A stretch of DNA of 64,000 nucleotides, from assembly GCA_964527765.1 (NCBI GenBank), contig CAZGQR010000001.1, positions 118,353 to 182,352 on the forward strand, in the 5' to 3' direction. The position numbers and the translations under genes were made by a program. This DNA comes from an uncultured Planctomycetia bacterium. Lineage in GTDB: Bacteria; Omnitrophota; Gorgyraeia; Tantalellales; Tantalellaceae. The notes beneath the pieces are model-generated. The model was not told where the DNA came from and did no database searches. It was given only the letters and a program-made list of their open reading frames with translations. This document shows positions 36,054 through 45,147 of this stretch, in pieces; the stretch's first letter is position 1; the number at the start of each line of letters is the position of its first letter.

Positions 36054-38857
36054 GTCTCCTTTCGAAAGATTATATTGTAGCATCGCTCGCACAAATCAGA
36101 GGCGTCCTTGTTCCCGCCGACGGTTTTGCTGAAATTCCAGCATCTCTGGCACTTGGCCCCCTCGGCCTTCCTCACCCCGACCTTCAGGGGAAAACCCGGG
36201 ACGCTCTCCATATCGCCTTCTTCCCGTTCCGCCGCCGTTACCTGCGAAACTATAAAAAGCGCGGGAAAAAGACCGATGTTCTCCCGGATGAACCCGCGCA
36301 TCCCGGCATCATCCGAGTAAAGCGTAATGGCCGATTCCAGGGAGCTTCCTATCATGCCCTTTTCGCGCTTCAGCTCAAGGAATTTCATGACGCTGCCCCT
36401 TATGGCCAGTATCCGCTGCCACTTCGCGTCAAGCTCCTCATCCTTCCAGCCGTCCATGTCCTTACCCGCGTCCGGCCAGTCCGCCATGTGAATGCTTTTC
36501 TCTTTCGACTTTAAAAAATCTATCGTCCCCCAGATCTCTTCGGCGGTGAAAGAAAGAATGGGAGAAACGATCCGGACCAGAACATGCAATAGATGAAAAA
36601 TGACAGTTTGTGCCGACCTTCTTTCGATAGAATCCGGTGCCATAACATACAACACGTCCTTTAAAACGTCAAGATAAAAAGCGCTTACCTCATACACGCA
36701 GAAGTCATACACGGCCCGGTACACCTTGTAAAACTCCCAGTTCTCATAATGCCTGTTCACTTCTTCGAACAATCCGTAAAACCGGGACAGCATCCATCTG
36801 TCTGTTTCCGGCAGGTCCCGGACCCGGACAGCATCCTTGGAAAAATCAAAATCATACAGGTTGCTCAGCAGAAAACGGAATGTGTTCCGTATCTTCCTGT
36901 AGCCGTCCGCAAGACGTTCCAGGATCTGCGGGGAAAGTTTTATGTCGCCTTCGTAATCGCTGGAAGCCACCCATAATCTCAGTATGTCGGCACCGTACTT
37001 GCGCATCACGTCCTGCGGGCTTATCACGTTACCGATGGATTTGGACATCTTCTTGCCCTCGCCGTCCACCACGAACCCGTGTGTAAGGACCTTGCGGTAA
37101 GGCGCGCGTTCCTTTATTGCCATCGACGTGATAAGCGCTGCCTGGAACCAGCCCCTGTGCTGATCCGAACCTTCCAGATAAAGATCGGCCGGAAAGGTCA
37201 GCCCTTCTCTGGCGTCCAGGACGGCCCTGTGGCTTACCCCGGAATCGAACCATACGTCAAGAATATCGCTTTCCCTGCGGAAATCCCTGCCGCCGCACTT
37301 CTTGCAGGCCGTATTTTCCGGGGTCAATTCGTCGATGCTCTTTTCAAACCATACATCCGCCCCGCATTGCCTTGTCATTTCGGCCACTTTCGTGATGATC
37401 CCGGCGGTGGTAAAGATCTCGCCGCACGAAACACACTGAAAAGCAGGTATGGGCACGCCCCAATACCGCTGTCTTGAAAGACACCAGTCCGGCCGCAGCC
37501 TGACCATGGCTCCTATGCGCTCCCTCCCCAGAGCGGGTATCCATTCGACCTTATTTTCGATGGTCTTCAGCATTTTATCGCGCAGGCCGAGGTGATCTAT
37601 GCTCATGAACCATTGTTCGGTGGCGCGAAATATGATAGGCTCCTTGCATCTCCAGCAGTGCGGATAAGAATGGGAGATCTCTTCCGATTTTATTAGTGAA
37701 CCTTCCGCGCGCATCTTTTCTATTATAGCGCTGTTGGCTTCCAGGACGTTCTGTCCGGCAAATTCGCCCGCTTCGGCGGTGAACTTTCCCGTGCTTCCGA
37801 CCGGCATGATGACAGGAAGGCCGTATTTTTTTCCCGTGAGATAGTCTTCCTGACCGTGGCCCGGGGCGGTATGTACGCACCCGGTGCCCTCTTCCTTCGT
37901 AACATATTCCGCCAGTACTACCAGGGATCCCCTGCCGGCAAAAGGGTGTTTCGCGTTTCCGGTCCGGCCCGCCACATCTTTCCCGGCAAATTCCCCGACA
38001 ACCCGGTAATCCTTCACTTCGAATCTTTCCATGAGGCCCCCGATAAGATCAGAAGCTATGATCCACACCTCATCGCCGACCCTGGCAAAAGAATACATGA
38101 ATTCCGGGTGCAGCGCGATCGCAACGTTAGCCAGAAGCGTCCAGGGAGTGGTGGTCCATATCACGAAATATGTCTTCAGTCCTTCCGTATCCGAATCCGC
38201 CTTGAATTTCACATATACCGAGGGGGTATTCCTGTCCTCATATTCTACTTCCGCTTCCGCCAATGCGGTCTCGCAGGTCTTACACCAGTTAACGGGTTTA
38301 AGGTCCTTGTAAATGTACCCCTTTTCGTACAGGTCCGCCAGCGCGAAAAGTATATCCGCCTCGTAATCCTTGGTCAGCGTCAAGTATGGATTTTTCCAGT
38401 CCCCGAACACTCCCAGTCTCTGAAACTCCTCGGACTGTATCCCGACGTACTTCATGGCAAAATCATAAGCCTTTTTCCTGAACTCGACCTGCCCGATATC
38501 GTGCTTGCTTATGTTCAGTTCCTTGAAAAGCTGATGTTCCACTGGCAGTCCGTGGCAATCCCAGCCGGGAACAAAGGGAGACAGGAACCCTTTCATCGTG
38601 AAATACTTGACGCACATGTCCTTGAGTATCTTGTTGAGGACATGGCCCATGTGGATCTGCGCGTTGGCGTACGGCGGGCCGTCATGCAGGATAAAAACTT
38701 TATCAGAGCTCTTGCGCTTCTCAAGGATCCCGGCATAGATATTCTCCTCTTTCCATTTCTTAAGGATCTCGGGCTCCCTTTGAGGCAGATTGGCTTTCAT
38801 GGAAAAAGAGGTCCGCGGAAGATTCAGCGTATCCTTGTATCCCGTCCCTCGCGTCAT
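36050..38857 (-). CDS. ileS: Isoleucine--tRNA ligase
   Basis: HDGPPYAN, GWDCHGLP, WTTTPWT, KMSKS, C-terminal zinc finger. Confidence 0.99.
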   Translation of the reverse strand: MTRGTGYKDTLNLPRTSFSMKANLPQREPEILKKWKEENIYAGILEKRKSSDKVFILHDGPPYANAQIHMGHVLNKILKDMCVKYFTMKGFLSPFVPGWDCHGLPVEHQLFKELNISKHDIGQVEFRKKAYDFAMKYVGIQSEEFQRLGVFGDWKNPYLTLTKDYEADILFALADLYEKGYIYKDLKPVNWCKTCETALAEAEVEYEDRNTPSVYVKFKADSDTEGLKTYFVIWTTTPWTLLANVAIALHPEFMYSFARVGDEVWIIASDLIGGLMERFEVKDYRVVGEFAGKDVAGRTGNAKHPFAGRGSLVVLAEYVTKEEGTGCVHTAPGHGQEDYLTGKKYGLPVIMPVGSTGKFTAEAGEFAGQNVLEANSAIIEKMRAEGSLIKSEEISHSYPHCWRCKEPIIFRATEQWFMSIDHLGLRDKMLKTIENKVEWIPALGRERIGAMVRLRPDWCLSRQRYWGVPIPAFQCVSCGEIFTTAGIITKVAEMTRQCGADVWFEKSIDELTPENTACKKCGGRDFRRESDILDVWFDSGVSHRAVLDAREGLTFPADLYLEGSDQHRGWFQAALITSMAIKERAPYRKVLTHGFVVDGEGKKMSKSIGNVISPQDVMRKYGADILRLWVASSDYEGDIKLSPQILERLADGYRKIRNTFRFLLSNLYDFDFSKDAVRVRDLPETDRWMLSRFYGLFEEVNRHYENWEFYKVYRAVYDFCVYEVSAFYLDVLKDVLYVMAPDSIERRSAQTVIFHLLHVLVRIVSPILSFTAEEIWGTIDFLKSKEKSIHMADWPDAGKDMDGWKDEELDAKWQRILAIRGSVMKFLELKREKGMIGSSLESAITLYSDDAGMRGFIRENIGLFPALFIVSQVTAAEREEGDMESVPGFPLKVGVRKAEGAKCQRCWNFSKTVGGNKDASDLCERCYNIIFRKET

Positions 38858-39717
38858 ATAAACCCCTTGATAATCGGCTCCAGCTTCTTGAGCGTTTCCT
38901 TCGGGATGCCCTCCTTGCTGGTAATGATCGCGTCACGCAAGGCCTCTTTGCACCCGCAGGGCCGCTCATCCGGCATGTTTTTTATTGTATTGGCAAGCAT
39001 TACCTTGGCTTCCTCTAAATTCTTCTTCAGGTTTTCGACGACCATCTCGACGGAAACGGTGCTTACTTCCGGCCCCAGATACCAGCAGTCATAATCGGTC
39101 ACCATCGCCATGGTCGCGTAGCAGATCCCGGCTTCCCTCGACAGGCGCGCCTCGGGCATGCTCGTCATCCCTATTACATCCAGCCCCCAGCCTTTATACA
39201 GATACGACTCCGCCTTTGTCGAAAAGGCCGGGCCTTCCATGTTCAAATAAGTCCCGCCATTATGGATCTGAATATCAAGCTCGCGATTTGCCTTGTATAT
39301 GACCTGGCGCAGATGGGAACACACGGGCTCCGCGAACGGAATATGGGCTACGATGCCGCCGCCGAAAAAAGTCGTGGGTCTGGCCTGGTTCGTCCTGTCA
39401 ACGAACTGGTCCACAAGAAGCACATCCAAGGGACGGATATCTTCTTTGAGGCTTCCGACCGCGGCAACGGATATAATGCGGTCGACTTCCAGTAATTTGA
39501 AAGCGTAGATATTCGCCCGATAGTTTATCTCCGTCGGAAGGATCTCATGGTACCGCCCGTGCCTCGGCAGAAAAACAACCTCTTTGCCCATGTATTTGCC
39601 GATAGTAAATTCACCCGAAGGATCACCGAACGGGGTCGAAACGCGTTTCTTTTCAATGGTCTCGATCTCCTTCAGATCGTAAAGGGCGCTGCCTCCTATT
39701 ATGCCTACTCTGCTCAT
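38854..39717 (-). CDS. mtnP: S-methyl-5'-thioadenosine phosphorylase
   Basis: GIIGGS, LPRHG, NYRANI, EGPAFST, VTDYDCW. Confidence 0.93.
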   Translation of the reverse strand: MSRVGIIGGSALYDLKEIETIEKKRVSTPFGDPSGEFTIGKYMGKEVVFLPRHGRYHEILPTEINYRANIYAFKLLEVDRIISVAAVGSLKEDIRPLDVLLVDQFVDRTNQARPTTFFGGGIVAHIPFAEPVCSHLRQVIYKANRELDIQIHNGGTYLNMEGPAFSTKAESYLYKGWGLDVIGMTSMPEARLSREAGICYATMAMVTDYDCWYLGPEVSTVSVEMVVENLKKNLEEAKVMLANTIKNMPDERPCGCKEALRDAIITSKEGIPKETLKKLEPIIKGFI

Positions 39718-39944
39718 TTCTCCAACACCTCCACAACCTTGTTCCTGCCGGTCTGTCCCTTCAATATTATGACACTGCTTTTTTTCACGTTATATTCACG
39801 CGCGATAAGCTCCACGAGCGCTCTATTGGCCTTGCCTTTGTCAGGCGCCGCCTTGACATAGGCCTTTACCAGGCCGCTTTCTCTGATGAGCTGCTCGCGC
39901 GACGATCTTGGAAAGACTTTTACCTTTATGCGCAAAGCTGTCAC
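39714..39944 (-). CDS. yggU: DUF167 (YggU) family protein
   Basis: AAPDKGKAN, GQTGRNK; follows yggT. Confidence 0.85.
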   Translation of the reverse strand: MTALRIKVKVFPRSSREQLIRESGLVKAYVKAAPDKGKANRALVELIAREYNVKKSSVIILKGQTGRNKVVEVLEK

Positions 39945-40237
39945 CCCAACCGCGTTGCGATCTGCCTGATGATGTTGACAATAAAACTTCCCACTATGTT
40001 CAGCACCAAAAACGCTACAATCGGGGAAAAATCTATTCCCCCTGCCTGCAAGGGGAGCCTTCTGAACGGCGCCAGGATAGGTTCGGTTATCCTGTAAATG
40101 ATCTGGACTATCTGATTATACGGATCCGGGTTAACCCAGGAAAGGATGATCCTGATCACCAGTATAAAATACACGATGTTCAAAACCAGGGATACCAGAC
40201 GGGACAGGCTCCAAAATAACTCTCCGATCACAAACAT
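39941..40237 (-). CDS. yggT: YggT family membrane protein
   Basis: ILSWVNPDPYN, ITEPIL.P.RR, IDFSPIV. Confidence 0.93.
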   Translation of the reverse strand: MFVIGELFWSLSRLVSLVLNIVYFILVIRIILSWVNPDPYNQIVQIIYRITEPILAPFRRLPLQAGGIDFSPIVAFLVLNIVGSFIVNIIRQIATRLG

Positions 40238-40241
40238 TTTT

Positions 40242-41042
40242 TCACCTTTGTGACAATTCTTCGGACCGCTTCTTTGCTTCCCTGATAGCGGTCTTTATAG
40301 CGGATCTCAGGTCCTCTCTATCAAAAACCGATAGCGCTGCCTCTGTGGTCCCGCCTTTGGACGCGACCTTTCTTATCAGTTCCTCCGGAGAACTTTCCGT
40401 ATCTTTCATCAGCACGGCGGAACCGTACAGTGTCTGCGTGACAAGCTTCTTCGCCACATCTTCATTCAATCCCATCTCTTTGCCCGCGTCTATCATCGCC
40501 TGTGCCAGATAAAAAAGATATGCGGGCCCGCTGCCGGAAAGAGCTGTCGCGCTATCCAGAAAAACCTCGTCGACCTCAAGAACCATACCGATGCCGCCGA
40601 ATATGCTATTTATTTCCCCGGTCATCCTGACCGTATTATTATACGAAATAGAGGTTATGCTTTCGCCGGCAAACGCCGCCATATTGGGCATCGCCCTGGC
40701 AACAGGCACGTCTTTGCCAAGTATATCCGTGATCGCATCTATCCTGATACCTGCCATCACGGATACTATCGTCTGCCCCGCGATATCTCCGGAAATGCTC
40801 TTTAAAAGAATCTCGGAATCCTGCGGCTTGACCGCTATGATAACAAGGCCACAGCCCGACACAAGAGCGGACAGCTCTTCCTGTCTGGCGCCTGTTTCCT
40901 TTGCCAGCGCGGCGGCCTTTTCTATGTCCTTATCGTGCAAGAAGATAGCGTTGCCTTTCAGGATGCCTTTTTCAACCATGCCGCGCGCAATAGCGCCGCC
41001 CATGTTGCCGCATCCTATTATGCCTACCGTCAATCCCTTCAT
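40242..41042 (-). CDS. proC: Pyrroline-5-carboxylate reductase
   Basis: GCGNMG, AVKPQ, RAMPN, SGSGPAY, SKGGTT. Confidence 0.97.
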   Translation of the reverse strand: MKGLTVGIIGCGNMGGAIARGMVEKGILKGNAIFLHDKDIEKAAALAKETGARQEELSALVSGCGLVIIAVKPQDSEILLKSISGDIAGQTIVSVMAGIRIDAITDILGKDVPVARAMPNMAAFAGESITSISYNNTVRMTGEINSIFGGIGMVLEVDEVFLDSATALSGSGPAYLFYLAQAMIDAGKEMGLNEDVAKKLVTQTLYGSAVLMKDTESSPEELIRKVASKGGTTEAALSVFDREDLRSAIKTAIREAKKRSEELSQR

Positions 41043-41081
41043 GGCTTATTTCCCCTGTTACAATTCACATTTTAATGGTTA

Positions 41082-41110
41082 AAATTATCATAATTTGGGT
41101 CTATTGTCAA
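41082..41110 (-). promoter_or_regulatory. sigma70 promoter of the proC-ileS unit
   Basis: TTGACA-17 nt-TAATTT with extended -10 TG. Confidence 0.7.
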
Positions 41111-41190
41111 ATAATAGTATATGATTCAGGCGGCAAGGGGCAGTATCGAGATGAAGGCGGAAATGAAGGCAGGGACCGGAAGTGAAGGTA

Positions 41191-42243
41191 TCAAAAATAC
41201 CTGTCGATGAACCCCAGGGCTCTGTTAAAACCTCTTTTGATCATGTTGCTGCTCAAGCGCCGCTTCTGTTTCTCCTGCTGAAGATGATCCAGGATCCCCA
41301 AACTGCCGATATACCCTGTTTTTTCCGGAGGCAGGTCTTCGAATGGCCTCGAGATGCAACTTCCCGCCATAACGGGGACCGTAAAAAATCCTTCCAATGA
41401 TTCGATCAGGTTATCCGCAAGAGCTCCTTCGCCTGTTACCATGACCTTGCGGACTTTTTCCCATCCGGACAGAGAAGTGATCCGCGGGGTCAGCTCTTCC
41501 AGGCCCCGTGCGTCAAATTTGCCGTCTTCCGTCAGGATATTATTCGTCCCGACCGAAAAGACCTTGCAGCTGTTCAATATCCCGCGGTGAAAGACCACGA
41601 CATCCGTCAGGTCCCTGCACATATCCAGCAGGACCGCTCCTGTTTCCCTGTCTTCTTCGCTCAGAGCCCTGTACGCGGAAGCAAGCCCCGAAAACACGAA
41701 TCCTGCGGGAATAAATCCCGCCTGGGAAATACACCTGGACATATTGCGCAATACCGATGAGTTGATCGTGAGCACATTTACTCTGACTTCCAGCTTTATC
41801 CCCTCAAGATTCAGCGGGTTCTTTATTTCCTTCTCCCCGTCTATCGAAAACCCGCACACGATCCTGTGCAATGACTCCTTGTCAAGCGGAATTTTTACGG
41901 CTGAACCGATCTCGACGCATCTTCTTATATCCTTCTCGGTGACATCCCTTCCGTACCTGGAAAGCAGAAGGGCCCCGGAAGACCGGACAATATCTACCGA
42001 ACTGGAACTTACCCCCGCGTAGACATCCTGGATCTTCTTACCCGTTTTTTCCCTCAATCTGCCCAGCGCCTCTGCAATGGAATCGGTAGCAGCGGCCGCA
42101 TCGGTGACGATCCCCTTGCTGAAACCCTTTGAGCCCGTGCGGCAGAACCCTTCCAATATGAAGTCCCTGTTCCCGGTCCACCTCGCGGCAACCGCGGTGA
42201 TCCCGTGACATCCCGCATCCAGGGCGGCAAAATATCGGCCCAT
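41191..42243 (-). CDS. ftsA: Degenerate FtsA-like protein
   Basis: Follows ftsQ; KGFSKGIVTD, FSIDG..EIKNPLNLEG.KLEV (1C region), LSEEDRETG, amphipathic C-terminus; nucleotide motifs eroded. Confidence 0.8.
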   Translation of the reverse strand: MGRYFAALDAGCHGITAVAARWTGNRDFILEGFCRTGSKGFSKGIVTDAAAATDSIAEALGRLREKTGKKIQDVYAGVSSSSVDIVRSSGALLLSRYGRDVTEKDIRRCVEIGSAVKIPLDKESLHRIVCGFSIDGEKEIKNPLNLEGIKLEVRVNVLTINSSVLRNMSRCISQAGFIPAGFVFSGLASAYRALSEEDRETGAVLLDMCRDLTDVVVFHRGILNSCKVFSVGTNNILTEDGKFDARGLEELTPRITSLSGWEKVRKVMVTGEGALADNLIESLEGFFTVPVMAGSCISRPFEDLPPEKTGYIGSLGILDHLQQEKQKRRLSSNMIKRGFNRALGFIDRYF

Positions 42244-42276
42244 AAATCCCTTCTTTCGCAATTCAACTTATACTGT

Positions 42277-43074
42277 CTATTTCAACGATATAACAGGGTC
42301 CCTGAACCTGAGGTCTATGTAATTTATGTCCCTCACATCCATATTCGGGTCGTTCAATATTTCTTTCAGCTCATCGATCTTCCTGGAAAAATCATCCGTT
42401 CCCATCTTGACCGTCACGCCGCTGATGCCGAGCAGTATGTTGTTCCGGCCTGAAATATCGATATATTCCACATCCTTCATGTTCCTGGGCATCCTGCTGC
42501 GCAATCCGTCAAGCAGTGACAGGGCCCTGCCGAGAGCCCTGTCGGATATCCTGTTCCCTCTTGAGGGCGTATGAAGAAAGAAACTGATCCCCTTTATCCT
42601 TACCAGTTCCCTGCTTTTTTCCCCGACGCTGAGAACGACCCCCTCTGCGTCTATGACAATGCCTCCGCCGGTATCTATTACAGCTACGGGCCCCCTTGAA
42701 ACAACATCGATCTCCAATATCTCAGGCAGATTTCTTCTTACCTCCACCTTCTTTAACTGCGGAAAATCGTTTTTTATCAACGTCTGAACCTGTTTCAGGT
42801 CAACCGTGAATATGTTCCGTCCGGCATAAAGTCGTTTCAGCTTTTTTTCGCCTTCCCGAAAAGAATAGGCTGAAGGGCTGTTCACCACGACCTCTTTTAT
42901 CGTAAAAAAGGTGCTGTTTAAAAAAAAGTATCGGATGCCGTAAAAGGCACCCGCAAAAAGACCGGCACATAGAAGAAATATCAGGACCGGCCTTGCCGAA
43001 AAGACCTTTACCGGTGAAAACCCGCCTGCGCGACCTCTCGTCTTTTTCTTCTTCAAGCTTTTTTTTCTTGCCAC
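42277..43074 (-). CDS. ftsQ: Cell division protein FtsQ/DivIB
   Basis: Basic N-terminus, TM helix, POTRA-like region, C-terminal YIDLRF. Confidence 0.9.
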   Translation of the reverse strand: MARKKSLKKKKTRGRAGGFSPVKVFSARPVLIFLLCAGLFAGAFYGIRYFFLNSTFFTIKEVVVNSPSAYSFREGEKKLKRLYAGRNIFTVDLKQVQTLIKNDFPQLKKVEVRRNLPEILEIDVVSRGPVAVIDTGGGIVIDAEGVVLSVGEKSRELVRIKGISFFLHTPSRGNRISDRALGRALSLLDGLRSRMPRNMKDVEYIDISGRNNILLGISGVTVKMGTDDFSRKIDELKEILNDPNMDVRDINYIDLRFRDPVISLK

Positions 43075-43109
43075 CGCACCCTCCTTCTAAAAAATAAACG
43101 TCCCGTGTT

Positions 43110-44042
43110 TCATTTTATCTTCCCGAGAGCCCCGCAAAGCATCTTAACACATAACTGCGAAAAATCCAGCCCTGCTTTCTTCGCGGCCATCGGGAGCAGG
43201 CTTCTTTCGGTAAGCCCCGGGATCGTGTTTACTTCCAGAATAAAGATCTCTCCCTCTTCCGACAGCCTCATATCCACTCGCGAGAACCCCTCGCATCCCA
43301 GAACGGCATGAGCTTTCGCCCCCGCTTCCTGCGCCTTGAGGCGATCTGCCCCGCTTAACCTTGCCGGAACAATATACTCTGTATCATTCGAGTGATATTT
43401 GGCCCCAAAATCATACACCCCGTCCGCAGCGATGATCTCAATGACCGGCAACGGTCTATCGTCAAGCACTCCGACCGTCATTTCCCTGCCCGGCACAAAT
43501 CTTTCAATAATGATCTCTTCGCTGAATTCAGCCGCTTTATCTATCGCTTCGCGGATATGATCCGCCGAAGGGACTACAGAAAGCCCGATGCTTGACCCTT
43601 CATACCTGGGCTTGACAACACACGGAAAATGAATATCCAGACCCGAAACATCTTCTTTGCCATTTACGACACTGTATTCGGGGACCCGCAAGCCGTGATC
43701 CCTGAATCTCTTTTTGGACGCCAGTTTATCAAGCGCAAGATGTGACGCTTCCGGACCGGACCCGGTGTACGGGATATTCCTCCGGCCCAGCATCCTCTGA
43801 ACGGTTCCGTCCTCCCCGAACCTGCCATGAAGGGCGATAAAGGCCACGTTTATGCCGGACCGATCGACCAGGGAACAAAAATCCTCTTCCGTTACATCGA
43901 GAAACTTCGCTTCAAGGTCCATGCCCCGCAGCGCATCGAAAACGGCCTTCCCGCTTTTGAGGCTTATTTCCCTTTCGCTGGAAGGGCCTCCGGCAAGCAC
44001 CCCGATCCTGTATCTCCTCAGCAGATCCAATTCCTTGTTCAT
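43110..44042 (-). CDS. ddl: D-alanine--D-alanine ligase
   Basis: GGPSSEREISL, LHGRFGEDG, GSSIG, EVNTIPGLT. Confidence 0.97.
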   Translation of the reverse strand: MNKELDLLRRYRIGVLAGGPSSEREISLKSGKAVFDALRGMDLEAKFLDVTEEDFCSLVDRSGINVAFIALHGRFGEDGTVQRMLGRRNIPYTGSGPEASHLALDKLASKKRFRDHGLRVPEYSVVNGKEDVSGLDIHFPCVVKPRYEGSSIGLSVVPSADHIREAIDKAAEFSEEIIIERFVPGREMTVGVLDDRPLPVIEIIAADGVYDFGAKYHSNDTEYIVPARLSGADRLKAQEAGAKAHAVLGCEGFSRVDMRLSEEGEIFILEVNTIPGLTERSLLPMAAKKAGLDFSQLCVKMLCGALGKIK

Positions 44043-44968
44043 AGGATCTCTATCTCCGGTTCAAGCTCTATCAAAAACTTTTTACGGACTTTATCGCGGA
44101 TATCATCCATAAGACCGATCACGTCTGCGGAAGTCGCGCCGCCGGTATTTATGATAAAATTGGCGTGTTTTCTGGAAACCTGTGCCGCGCCGCGGCGATA
44201 TCCCTTCATCCCGACCCTGTCTATTAATTCTCCGCTGGCATATTTGCGCTGACCGGGATTTTTAAAAACACAGCCCAGGCTCCTTTCGCCGAGAGGCTGT
44301 TTTTTTATCTTTTCGGCAAAATAGGTCTTGAGCCTTTCCTGCGCCCTGGCCGGCAGTTCCTCATCAAGCTGAAAAACCGCCTGGAGTATGATCCCTTTCC
44401 TGTCAAAAGAAGACCGGCGATATCCAAATTCGAGGTTTTCTTTCTCTATCCATTTTGTCTCCCCCGCGGCAGAGAGAAACAGGGCTCTCGACAATCGTTC
44501 GCTTATCGCGGTCCGGTATGAGGCGTTTACGCTCAGAGCTCCACCGACGCTCGCGGGAATACCTACCAGGCCTTCCAATCCCGTAAGCCCGTGCGCGCAA
44601 GCCCCGGATATAAGCTCTCCCAGGCCCGCACCGGCACCGGCAGTGACGGCCCTGCCCCTGAAAGTGATCTCCCTGAAAAGATCGGCCGACAGATTGATAA
44701 CGACCGCGTCCAGTCCCTTGTCCGGGATCAGCACATTGCTTCCGCGGCCTACAACGATCGTCCTGACGCCGGAATCGGCGAGCAACACCACGGCTTCCCG
44801 CAATTCTTCCGGTGATGCGGGCATATACCACGCTGATGCTCTGCCTCCGATCGATATAGTGCTGTGCTCGTGAAGAGGATGATCGAACATGACGGTGCCG
44901 CCTCCTCCGGAGCATAACCTGTCCAAACTGTCGCGAACTTTTCTATTTAACATGGTGTCTGCCATCAT
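44039..44968 (-). CDS. murB: UDP-N-acetylenolpyruvoylglucosamine reductase
   Basis: GRGSNVL, GIPASVGGA, SLGCVFKNP, KHANFI, LEPEI; start moved to ATG 44968. Confidence 0.95.
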   Translation of the reverse strand: MMADTMLNRKVRDSLDRLCSGGGGTVMFDHPLHEHSTISIGGRASAWYMPASPEELREAVVLLADSGVRTIVVGRGSNVLIPDKGLDAVVINLSADLFREITFRGRAVTAGAGAGLGELISGACAHGLTGLEGLVGIPASVGGALSVNASYRTAISERLSRALFLSAAGETKWIEKENLEFGYRRSSFDRKGIILQAVFQLDEELPARAQERLKTYFAEKIKKQPLGERSLGCVFKNPGQRKYASGELIDRVGMKGYRRGAAQVSRKHANFIINTGGATSADVIGLMDDIRDKVRKKFLIELEPEIEIL

Positions 44969-44972
44969 TTTA

Positions 44973-44999
44973 TGGATTCCCGCTTCCGCGGGAATGACA
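44973..44999. repeat. Short palindromic element TGGATTCCCGCTTCCGCGGGAATGACA
   Basis: 8-bp stem ATTCCCGC/GCGGGAAT; fits the ATTCCC-N8-GGGAAT pattern of dRS3-like repeats. Confidence 0.65.
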
Positions 45000-45013
45000 T
45001 AATATGTTTTCTC

Positions 45014-45147
45014 GTGACTACTCAGGTAGTCAGCGATTAGGCCGTTTGTCATGCTCCGTACAGGGAGGATCCACACCGGGCGGAGGGGCCCTGGTAGGAG
45101 CATGGCAAACGGCCTTTACGTCATATTACGGGTACCTGAATAGTTAC
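45014..45147. mobile_element. 134-bp MITE with terminal inverted repeats and 8-bp target-site duplication
   Basis: TIRs GTGACTACTCAGGTA / GTAACTATTCAGGTA (13/15); GTTTTCTC duplicated at 45006-45013 and 45148-45155; internal hairpin. Confidence 0.85.

Noticed and set aside
37856-39094. 412-aa plus-strand ORF, and similar ones at 1821-2615, 28303-29256, 30107-30907, 45770-46678 and 49107-50042
   Set aside because: All lie antisense to well-supported housekeeping genes
41191-42243. ftsA as a pseudogene or a second pilM
   Set aside because: Frame is uninterrupted with an SD, retains FtsA-type 1C region and amphipathic tail, and sits right after ftsQ
44969-45103. 45-aa N-terminal extension of MurB in the ORF track
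   Set aside because: Derived from the MITE and palindrome; the reconstructed ATGA coupling points to ATG 44968
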